In this document: piece by piece, positions 56,496 to 64,000 of the stretch
Layout of the letters: each line of letters begins with the position of its first letter
Numbering within the stretch: the first letter of the stretch is position 1
From: an uncultured Verrucomicrobiae bacterium
GTDB taxonomy: Bacteria > Verrucomicrobiota > Verrucomicrobiia > Chthoniobacterales > UBA10450
Assembly (NCBI GenBank): GCA_963815455.1
Contig: CAWFGO010000001.1
Location: forward strand, 1,312,001-1,376,000
DNA length: 64,000 bases
Direction of reading: 5' to 3'
Notes under the pieces: model-generated
Told to the model about the DNA's origin: nothing
The model's database searches: none
What the model saw: only the letters and a program-made list of their open reading frames with translations
Translations under genes and position numbers: made by a program

Positions 56496-57692
56496 TCATG
56501 ACGCTTTTCCTTTCAGAAGACGGCAAACGCTTTTTGCCATTATCAATTCTTCATCGGTGCGGATGACCCGCACAGACACCCGACTTCCGCTCTTCGAAAT
56601 TACCTCCGCGTTCGCCGCGTTTGGTTGTTGATCGAGTTCGATTCCGAGAAATCCAAGGCCTTCGCAGATGCGGGCGCGAATCGCCGGCGCGTTTTCCCCG
56701 ATCCCGCCGGTAAACGTGAGCGTGTCGAGTCCTCCGAGCGCAGCGGCGAACGCCCCGATCCATTTTTTGACCTGATAACAGAACAGCGTCACCGCATCCT
56801 CGGCGCGTGGGTCGTTGGCTTCACGCGCGAGCAAGTCGCGCATATCCGAGCTCGTCTCCGAAATACCTAACAATCCAGATTGCCGGTTAATCATGGTGTG
56901 AAATTGTTCCGCAGTCATCTGCTCGGTCTGCGCGAAAAATCCAACCAGGCCCGGATCGAGGTCGCCTGAACGCGTGCTCATCGGCAACCCTGCGGCCGGA
57001 GTGAACGCCATACTTGTGTCGACGGGCTGACCGTCACGCACCGCGGCGAGACTCGCGCCATTGCCGAGATGAGCGAGGATCACACGACCGTCCATCCGCG
57101 GCTGCGTCATGAGGTATTTGTAAGATAAGCCGTGAAAGCCGTAACGCCGCACACCTTTCGCCTCGTAACGACGCGGAATCGGCAGCAATTTTGCCACGCG
57201 CGGCATCGCGCTGTGAAACGCGGTGTCGAAACAAGCGATTTGTGGCGTGCCCGGAAGTTTCGCCGTCAAACATTCCATGAGCGCGATCTCAGCGGGCAGA
57301 TGCTCGGGATCGAACGCCCTAATACGCCGTAATTCAGTCAGCATCGCATTATCGACACGTTGCGGCTTCTCATAACGCGGGCCTCCGTGAACTACGCGAT
57401 GGCCAACGGCATTGAAGCTGGCTTTCGGAGTTGTTGTCGAAAGGCGCTCCAGCAAATGTTCCAATCCTGCGATGTGGTCGATCGCCGGGATTTCCGCTCG
57501 CTCCGTTTCCTGGCTGTCGATCTTCGTTAACGTGAACGACGCTTTCGACGATCCGATACGGTCAATGTTGCCGGTGAATGTTCGAATCAACTTCGCGCTG
57601 ATGCTGAACACGGCAAACCTCAGACTCGACGAGCCGGCATTTAGAACCAGCACTAACCTTGCTGCTGGATCATTGCTCGTTTGATTGCTCAC
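56496..57692 (-). CDS. ackA: Acetate/propionate kinase
   Basis: VLNAGSSSL, GHRVVHGG, CFDTAFH, RRYGFHGLS, HLGNGAS, FTGGIGEN. Confidence 0.93.
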   Translation of the reverse strand: MSNQTSNDPAARLVLVLNAGSSSLRFAVFSISAKLIRTFTGNIDRIGSSKASFTLTKIDSQETERAEIPAIDHIAGLEHLLERLSTTTPKASFNAVGHRVVHGGPRYEKPQRVDNAMLTELRRIRAFDPEHLPAEIALMECLTAKLPGTPQIACFDTAFHSAMPRVAKLLPIPRRYEAKGVRRYGFHGLSYKYLMTQPRMDGRVILAHLGNGASLAAVRDGQPVDTSMAFTPAAGLPMSTRSGDLDPGLVGFFAQTEQMTAEQFHTMINRQSGLLGISETSSDMRDLLAREANDPRAEDAVTLFCYQVKKWIGAFAAALGGLDTLTFTGGIGENAPAIRARICEGLGFLGIELDQQPNAANAEVISKSGSRVSVRVIRTDEELIMAKSVCRLLKGKAS

Positions 57693-57720
57693 GGTCGCAG
57701 TTATCTACGTGATCGACACG

Positions 57721-58323
57721 TCAGCGGTTACTCAAACGGGACCGCGCGGAAGATTTCTTAGCGCTTGTTTGTATCCGTCGCAGTGGCGTCGTTGCATTCG
57801 AGAAACTGTCGCGCGCAGTCGAAAACGACGGCACGACAACCACCGGGCACCGCGCATGTCGCACCGTGCCTTCCGCGACACTGCCAATCACCGCGCGGCG
57901 AAAACCAGTCCGGCCGTGCGTCGAGATAATGATCAAATCAACCTGTTCTTTGGCGGCAGCCTCATAGATCGCGGCCGGACAGTATCCAGCAACCGCAGAT
58001 GTATCGACCGGAACACCATCGAAATCGACCCCCTTGAGGAAAGCGCGCATCTGATCACGAGATCGGCGCCACGCTGCTAGGGTGTAGTCCGACGAATTGT
58101 AATCGCCGTAGCCACTCGTCATCATAACGGGGCCGAGATCGGCTATGTGCAGGACAACGATCCGCGCACCAACTTCCTTGGCGAATCTCACCGCATACGT
58201 TAGACCTGCCAGGGAACAGTCCGAGAAGTCGACCGGAACCAAAATGTTACGAATAAGTCGATGCTGTGCGTGGTCGCGCAAAGTAGATGAGGTTTGCGGA
58301 GCTGTGAGCAGCACTTTTTTCAT
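57721..58323 (-). CDS. Universal stress protein
   Basis: [20 protein letters not shown]...[13 protein letters not shown]. Confidence 0.92.
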   Translation of the reverse strand: MKKVLLTAPQTSSTLRDHAQHRLIRNILVPVDFSDCSLAGLTYAVRFAKEVGARIVVLHIADLGPVMMTSGYGDYNSSDYTLAAWRRSRDQMRAFLKGVDFDGVPVDTSAVAGYCPAAIYEAAAKEQVDLIIISTHGRTGFRRAVIGSVAEGTVRHARCPVVVVPSFSTARDSFSNATTPLRRIQTSAKKSSARSRLSNR

Positions 58324-58489
58324 AACGCCTCCTTTTTAGTTTAGCCTACCTCCCTCGGTTGCGCGCGAAAGCCTTCGCTTGCGTTTTACCAGGCAAAAAT
58401 TGCGCGAGGATCTGGAGGATGAGATCGGAAGATTACTCTCAGGAACAATGTGATCTGTTTCGTGTGGGTGCATTGGTTGACACTCTATT

Positions 58490-58514
58490 TCCCGAGTTTA
58501 AAGCACACCATTTC
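58490..58514 (-). promoter_or_regulatory. Bipartite motif, copy B
   Basis: TCCCGAGTTT AAAGCACAC CATTTC, upstream of usp. Confidence 0.65.
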
Positions 58515-58582
58515 AGAGAAATTTCGCAGCGCGGGATCAAGCTCCTCGCGAGCTTAGGCTCTTCGCTTCTTCCTTCACCGGG

Positions 58583-59032
58583 CTACTGCAAAGCTGCGTG
58601 CATCGACATCAGTTCGCTCCGGCAGGCTTCGCTAAATGCCTTGAGCGGATCATCGCCTTCGTCGTGCACGCGCCGGTGCAATTCTTCGAGCGAAACATTC
58701 GGCGCGAAATATTGCTCCACGATGAATGTGACGACCGCTTGCGCCTGCGCGAGCACCGCCTCCGAGGCGCAAAGCCGGATGCGGTTGAGCGAGGCATAGA
58801 TCGACAACAGCCTGCCCGATTTGTCGAGATTCTGCTCGAGCGAATGCATCACATGCTTCGAGCATTCGTCGATGAATTCGCCGTAAAGGGCTTCGCGTTT
58901 CTTAACCTCGGCGCGCACTTCCTCGCGCTTATTCAACGTTCTTTGCGTGACTCAGGCTGTCGCTACGCTTGCTGAGCCGCCCAACAGTGACCCGAAGAGA
59001 CCTGACCGGGCCGTAACGATTGCGGCGTTCAT
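58583..59032 (-). pseudogene. Unknown membrane-anchored protein, copy 2, internal TGA at 58952-58954
   Basis: MNAAIVTARSGLFGSLLGGSASVATA*VTQRT... The stop aligns with a Trp codon (ATAWVTQ) in copy 1. Confidence 0.68.
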
Positions 59033-59034
59033 GG

Positions 59035-59235
59035 CTAGGATCGCTGCGAAGCGTAAATTAGCTCCTTCGAGGCAACGGTGACCGGCTTAGCAGCAGGTGG
59101 CACCGTCTTCTCTGCCCCACCCGACTTGCGTCCGGTCCCGAGCCGTTCCACCACATAAAACGTTACCGGAACTAGAAAGATCGCGATTCCGGGGGCCTCG
59201 AGCATTCCGCCGATGACGGTTGAGCCTAAGACGCG
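59035..59235 (-). pseudogene. C-terminal remnant of an AcrB-type RND permease
   Basis: RRVLGSTVIGGML...IAIFLVPVTFYVVERL matches the last RND helix; no upstream body present. Confidence 0.6.
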
Positions 59236-59341
59236 GCGGGCAACCGCACAACAAGACCGATTTGCGCATAGACATCGTTCTCCATGTGGGCAGCCACAGC
59301 GTGGCAAAAGTGCATGGCTGCTGTGCATTAGAACTTTCACA

Positions 59342-59755
59342 TCAGGCGGCGGCGGTTAATGCGGGAAGGTTCTCTTCGATGATTCGGATCAATTCCCGGC
59401 TAGTTACCGGCTTGGCTACGATCCGATGCCCATCAATGCGACGTCCTTCCTTTGCTTCTTCCGGTGTGACAAGCGCAGTAACGAACACGATCGGTACTCG
59501 GCGCAACCTCCAGTCGGCACCAAGCTCAGTCGCGATCTCGGCGCCGTCCAGGTCAGGCATGATTAGATCGAGAAGAATAAGATCGGGCTGGAAGCTACGC
59601 GCTGTCTCCAGGACGCGACGTGCATCGTTCTCCTCCCGCACGTGGTAGTGTGCGGTGCGTTCCAGAAGGCGCCGCGCGGTGCGCGTGAAGGCTGGGTTAT
59701 TATCCACAAGGAGGACTCGCGGACGTGTGTTACTTACTTCCGAAATTGTGTTCAT
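59342..59755 (-). CDS. Single-domain response regulator (receiver)
   Basis: RVLLVDNN, PDLILLDLIMPDLDG, PIVFVTA, AKPV. Confidence 0.87.
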   Translation of the reverse strand: MNTISEVSNTRPRVLLVDNNPAFTRTARRLLERTAHYHVREENDARRVLETARSFQPDLILLDLIMPDLDGAEIATELGADWRLRRVPIVFVTALVTPEEAKEGRRIDGHRIVAKPVTSRELIRIIEENLPALTAAA

Positions 59756-59955
59756 ATTGGTTGACTCAGGCAGGTTGGCGCGCGTCCAGCGGTAAGCGCG
59801 CAAAGACCAGCCGCAGCTTCCGCTGCCGGTAACCCGAGATGGTTTCTAGTCCGTTTTGCCATTCGGCCATTAGTTTTCCGACCCGCGCCGGCCTGGCTGA
59901 GCGTTTTGCCGGACGAAACTACCTGAGTTCTATTCGCTTCAATTGTGCGGTTCAT
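59752..59955 (-). CDS. Small hypothetical protein
   Basis: 67-aa ORF filling the gap. Starts 11 nt after the upstream stop and has an ATGA overlap with the receiver gene. Confidence 0.4.
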   Translation of the reverse strand: MNRTIEANRTQVVSSGKTLSQAGAGRKTNGRMAKRTRNHLGLPAAEAAAGLCALTAGRAPTCLSQPI

Positions 59956-59966
59956 AAGGCTGTGAC

Positions 59967-60350
59967 TTAGCAGGCATACTCAGCACCTGGGTTTCGCCCG
60001 CTGGCAAAGAGCTGAGTAAGCGAAGTCTGCAGCCGGCTTACCACTCGCCCGCAGCGGCGCATTCGATAGCGGAAGATGCCTAACGAGTGGTCGCCGATCA
60101 GTTCCTGGCGCAGGTGCGCCGGCGCGACGTCCATCAGCTGGCAAACATTCACGAATGAAAATGGCCAGGTAAAATCGTCGGACATGACCCATTGATAGGC
60201 ATCGAGATAGAGTTCGCGTTCGGCGCCGCTCCTGCCGCGATGGAACCGGCGCAAATCTTTTTTCGCCTGTTGCAGAATACCGGCAGCCAGCTCCTGGTGG
60301 TTTGTCTTTGATGGATAAAGGTCGGTCGCGTTCATCTTATTGATTGACAC
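59967..60350 (-). CDS. Hypothetical protein
   Basis: 127 aa, globular-looking (LAAGILQQA..DL...DAYQW.....WPFSF.NVC). Preceded by motif copy C. Confidence 0.65.
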   Translation of the reverse strand: MSINKMNATDLYPSKTNHQELAAGILQQAKKDLRRFHRGRSGAERELYLDAYQWVMSDDFTWPFSFVNVCQLMDVAPAHLRQELIGDHSLGIFRYRMRRCGRVVSRLQTSLTQLFASGRNPGAEYAC

Positions 60351-60357
60351 CTTTATA

Positions 60358-60382
60358 TCCCGAGTTTGCCAACAGACATTTC
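60358..60382 (-). promoter_or_regulatory. Bipartite motif, copy C
   Basis: TCCCGAGTTT GCCAACAGA CATTTC, 7 nt from the GTG at 60350. Confidence 0.65.
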
Positions 60383-60495
60383 AGGAGACTTGTGATTTTT
60401 TGCGGTGGCGACGCCGCACGCAAATCTGGCAGGCTGTCGCCAACGGTGCCGTCGAGATCGAACACGAGCGCGGCTTGCTGCATTGAACCACCGTG

Positions 60496-60768
60496 TTACA
60501 ACAGCGGCCAAAACATCGCGAGCAGTAGCAGAATAATCACTGCGCTAAATGCCACTACCGGCCAGTTGTTCTTTGGCTTTGATGCGGCTTCGATATCGCT
60601 TAATAAACGGATCGTGGCCGGATGGTCATCGAAGATCAGGACGCGACGAATGGGCGCTGTTCCTTCACTTACTCCATCCTCGCGCGAAACGAATACAAAG
60701 ACGCGCGTGCGCGTCGTGCCTAACGAGTCGCGCGTTGTTCGAAACGGCCGTTGATCTGCGGCGCGCAT
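60496..60768 (-). CDS. Small protein with a receiver-like beta1 strand and C-terminal TM helix
   Basis: RRVLIFDDHPATIRLL followed by WPVVAFSAVIILLLLAMFWPLL. Confidence 0.55.
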   Translation of the reverse strand: MRAADQRPFRTTRDSLGTTRTRVFVFVSREDGVSEGTAPIRRVLIFDDHPATIRLLSDIEAASKPKNNWPVVAFSAVIILLLLAMFWPLL

Positions 60769-60922
60769 AGTTAAAGTGAGACGCTGCGGAGTTGCATGAC
60801 ATCTCTATCTCACGACTTCGAAGCGCTACCTTTCAGCGAAATGAGTATTTCCTCTGTCGCGGCCGGTCGTTAATGATCACGCACGGCTTGCGAGACAAAA
60901 GATTGTAGTGGGTCAGTCTGAA

Positions 60923-61170
60923 TCAGAGCTCGAAAATCATTACCGCCATGAGGATGACGGCGTGAATCCAGACGAGCACCACCATTGCCAGACGGAGGTT
61001 CGCTGACGCATACGTGTCGCCCTCGACGCCTTTGTAGCCGAAGAGCATTTTCCGGCGCCGAAAGACGTGAATGCCTGCACCGATGAGGAGCAATTCCAAG
61101 AGGCCGAAGAACACCTTTAGAGCAACTGCGAACCGGCTCCTGAGCGCGCTATTGCAAGAATCTCGTTCAT
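60923..61170 (-). CDS. Small two-TM membrane protein (probable indel near 61131; tracked ORF starts 61114)
   Basis: Similar in pattern to 61207..61473. ATG 61170 joins the tracked frame on adding one T. Confidence 0.55.
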
Positions 61171-61206
61171 TAGTTTAGCGGGGTAATGCCATGATCTTGT
61201 TGTTCG

Positions 61207-61473
61207 TCACGCGGACCAGATTGCGAAGAGGGTGGCGAGCGAAACCAGCATCAATACTCCCCAGACGATGAGGACAAGCTCCACGCGGATGTGCCGAACG
61301 CCATGACCGTCTTGATACTCAGCCAGCTCCGGATCGCGCTCGAATAGTTGACCGCGGCGGCGATGAATCCAGAAACCGACGCCGGCGAAAATGAGAACGG
61401 CGATGATGCTGATGACGCGGAGGGCAGGCAGACCGGCAGCGTCGAGAGTCGCAAATAGGTGAAGAGCTTGCAT
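61207..61473 (-). CDS. Small two-TM membrane protein
   Basis: 88 aa; TM-RRRGQLF-loop-TM; starts 9 nt after the RND stop. Confidence 0.65.
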   Translation of the reverse strand: MQALHLFATLDAAGLPALRVISIIAVLIFAGVGFWIHRRRGQLFERDPELAEYQDGHGVRHIRVELVLIVWGVLMLVSLATLFAIWSA

Positions 61474-61482
61474 GATCTTAGG

Positions 61483-64000
61483 TTAACTGGCGACTGGCAC
61501 CGGCCCTGGTGCGCTAGTCGGAGTGGTCCGTTCTCCGTCTTCCCGGATTTTGAACCACTTGATGTAGAGCGATGGCAGCGCGATCAATGTCAACAATGTG
61601 GCCACTGCGAGACCGCCCATGATGGCGTAGGCCATGGGGCCCCAGAAGACGGTCGGCGCGATCGGCGCCATGCCCAGGATCATGGCCTGTGCGGTCAGGG
61701 TGATTGGACGGAAACGCACCAGGGAAGCTTCGACAACGGCATCCCAACCCCCGCGTCCCGCCGCTTTCTCGACTTCGATCTGGTCAACCATGATGACCGA
61801 GTTTCGGACGATCATGCCGATCAGCGCGACGGTGCCCAGCATCGCGACGAACCCCATCGGGCTTTGCGTGACCAACAGCGCAAGGACAACACCGATCACG
61901 CCAAGGGGCGCGACGCTGCAGACCAGGAACAGGCGGCTGAAACTCTGCATCTGGAACATCAGAACGGTAATCATCAGCACGACCACGATCGGGAAGACGG
62001 CGAGGACGGAGTTCTGTCCCTTCGCGCTTTCCTCGACGCTGCCGCCCTCGACGATCTTGTAGCCGACCGGCAGTTGCCGCTTCAGCTCGGAGACTTTTTG
62101 GGCAAGGCCCGCCACGGCGGTCGCTGGCAGCACGCCATCCCTGGGCTCGGCTTGAACGGTCAAGGTGGGCAGCCGGTCGCGGCGCCAGATGAGAGGCAAA
62201 TCCTGTTCGTACTCGACCTTGGCGAGCTCGCTCAATGGCACCGACCGTCCGTTCGAAAGTGGAATCTTCAGGGTCCGGATCGTCTCCAGCGACATGCGTT
62301 CATCCGCCTGGGCTCGCACTACCACGTCAATGAGGTAGATGCTGTCGCGCACCTGGGTTGACGTGATGCCAGAGACGGCGGCGTTGATCATCTGGGCGAC
62401 GGCCGCCGAGCTGAGCCCCAATTGCCTCGCCTCATCCTGGTTGACGCGGATCCGGAGCTTTCGGATCGGGTCCATCCAGTTGAAGCTAACTCTTTGGATG
62501 TCGGGGCTCGCCCCCACGATCCCGGCCAGTTTGTCGGCAAGTTCACGCACCTGATGCGGATCGCCGCCGCTGACCCGATACTGAACCGGCCAGCCCACCG
62601 GCGGCCCCAGCTCGAGCGGGAAAACCCGGCCGACCGCCTCGGGGAACTTTTCCTGAAGCGCAGACTGAAGTCGTTGCTTGACCTGGTCCCGCACCTTCAG
62701 GCTCTTGGTGACAATGATGGTTTGGGCGAAGAAATCGTTTTGGAGCTGCACATCGAGCGGCAGGTAGAATCGAATTGCGCCGCGCCCAACGTAGGAACTC
62801 CAGTGGTCGATATCGGGGTCGCTACGGAGGATTTCGTCGAGCTTTTGCGAGGCCGTATCCGTGGCATAAATCGAGGCGTCGTGCCTCAGGCGCAGATCGA
62901 GCACGAGTTCCGGCCGGTCCGACGCGGGGAAGAACTGGCTGGGCACAAACCGCGCCAGCCAGAGCGACACGCCGAAAATCGCGATCGTCACCGCCAGCGT
63001 CACTTTGGCGTGACGCATGGTAAAGAGCAGCAGGCGCCGATAAACACTGAGCACGCGCCCGCCACCTTCGTGGTGGCCCTTGCCTTCGCCCTCCTGCTTG
63101 GGGGGCTTTAAGAGCATCGTCCCAATCAGCGGCGTGAAGAGCGCGGCGACGACCCAGGAGGTGAGAACGGCGATCACCACGACCGCGAAGAGCGTGAAGG
63201 TGTATTCGCCCGCCGAACTCTTGGCGAACCCGACCGGCACGAAGCCGAGCGCTATCACCAAGGTGCCGGTGAGCCTCGGATAAGCGGTGGAGGCATAAGC
63301 AAAGATCCCCGCTTTGATCCTGTCCCAGCCATGATCCACCTTGGAGACCATGGCCTCGATGGTGATCATCGCGTCATCGACCAGCAGCCCCAGCGCGATG
63401 ATGAGCGCCCCGAGCGAGATGCGCTGCAAGTCGATCCCGCAGATCTGCATGACGATAAAAACAATGGCCAGCACGAGCGGGATGGAGGCCGCCACCACCA
63501 GGCCCGGCCGCAGGCCCAGATTCAGGAAGCTGATGACGAGAACGATCGCGATCGCCTCCCACAGCGCCTTCATGAATTCGTTCACCGCTTCTTCCACTAC
63601 CTTCGGCTGATTGGAGACCAGGAAGGTCTCGATGCCGACGGGCAGGTCCGCTTTGAGCTCCTCCATCACGTGTTCCAGGTTTTTTTCCAACGCGAGGATG
63701 TCGCCGCCGGTGCGCATCGAGAGCGCCACGCCGATGGCGTCCTTGCCGTTGACGCGGAATTTCGGCTGCGGCGGGTCGGCGTAGCCGCGCGTGATCGTGG
63801 CGATGTCGCCCAGCCTCAGCATCTTGCCGCCGAAGACGAAGTTGACCTGCTGCAAGTCCTTTTCGGATTCAAACCGTCCGGTCACATCGACGAGCACGGC
63901 CTCGTTTTTCGTCTGGATCACGCCGGAGGGAACCACGGCGTTCTGGGTGACGAGCGCCTGGATCAGTTGCATGCGGTCCATGCCGAGTTCGGCGAGGCGG
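61483..64000 (-). CDS. RND efflux permease (AcrB/MexI-like), 5' end outside window
   Basis: ISLGALIIALGLLVDDAMI, RFRPITLT, MAYAIMGGL. Confidence 0.93.
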   Translation of the reverse strand, partial: RLAELGMDRMQLIQALVTQNAVVPSGVIQTKNEAVLVDVTGRFESEKDLQQVNFVFGGKMLRLGDIATITRGYADPPQPKFRVNGKDAIGVALSMRTGGDILALEKNLEHVMEELKADLPVGIETFLVSNQPKVVEEAVNEFMKALWEAIAIVLVISFLNLGLRPGLVVAASIPLVLAIVFIVMQICGIDLQRISLGALIIALGLLVDDAMITIEAMVSKVDHGWDRIKAGIFAYASTAYPRLTGTLVIALGFVPVGFAKSSAGEYTFTLFAVVVIAVLTSWVVAALFTPLIGTMLLKPPKQEGEGKGHHEGGGRVLSVYRRLLLFTMRHAKVTLAVTIAIFGVSLWLARFVPSQFFPASDRPELVLDLRLRHDASIYATDTASQKLDEILRSDPDIDHWSSYVGRGAIRFYLPLDVQLQNDFFAQTIIVTKSLKVRDQVKQRLQSALQEKFPEAVGRVFPLELGPPVGWPVQYRVSGGDPHQVRELADKLAGIVGASPDIQRVSFNWMDPIRKLRIRVNQDEARQLGLSSAAVAQMINAAVSGITSTQVRDSIYLIDVVVRAQADERMSLETIRTLKIPLSNGRSVPLSELAKVEYEQDLPLIWRRDRLPTLTVQAEPRDGVLPATAVAGLAQKVSELKRQLPVGYKIVEGGSVEESAKGQNSVLAVFPIVVVLMITVLMFQMQSFSRLFLVCSVAPLGVIGVVLALLVTQSPMGFVAMLGTVALIGMIVRNSVIMVDQIEVEKAAGRGGWDAVVEASLVRFRPITLTAQAMILGMAPIAPTVFWGPMAYAIMGGLAVATLLTLIALPSLYIKWFKIREDGERTTPTSAPGPVPVAS

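Noticed and set aside
58952..58954. TGA recoding (Trp or selenocysteine)
   Set aside because: TGA is used as a normal stop throughout the window and the aligned residue is Trp, not Cys. A nonsense mutation or miscall is simpler.
59295..59342. Third LysR-box-like sequence (TGTGAAAG...CAT-N11-A on the minus strand)
   Set aside because: Spacing and identity to the two good copies are poor.
1..64000. CRISPR array, prophage, integrase, IS transposase, tRNA/rRNA, and the many short overlapping ORFs
   Set aside because: No regularly spaced repeats or recognisable motifs were found. The short ORFs overlap well-supported genes in other frames, as expected in GC-rich DNA.

Overview
Bacterial chromosomal window. 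The lineage is inferred, not shown: the C-terminal dockerin-like tails and several small hypothetical families suggest soil Verrucomicrobiota (Chthoniobacterales). Many genes carry single-base indels that look like long-read consensus errors. From left to right: (i) partial metF, then an uncharacterised cluster (DUF2064/TIGR04282-like glycosyltransferase, NDP-sugar epimerase, MgtE, GT2, membrane-anchored molybdoenzyme), followed by fpg, trxB, GT4 and GNAT genes with three different palindromic REP-like elements between them. (ii) A PQQ locus: a YVTN propeller and two tandem secreted PQQ-type propeller/dockerin paralogues converging on pqqABCDE, including a 29-aa pqqA missing from the ORF track and a pqqB with no canonical start; a LysR gene is divergent from pqqA. 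(iii) A roughly 40-kb stress/storage-carbohydrate block (ndh, hdeD, ppk2, hlyD-rbbA-yhhJ, adhP, MFS, cyclic glucan synthase, LOG, glgX, fba, malQ, pgm, glgP, xfp, ackA, usp) bracketed by two differently broken copies of one unknown gene and carrying several repeated upstream DNA motifs. (iv) Small hypothetical/regulatory genes and a partial RND transporter. No rRNA, tRNA, CRISPR array, transposase or integrase was recognised.
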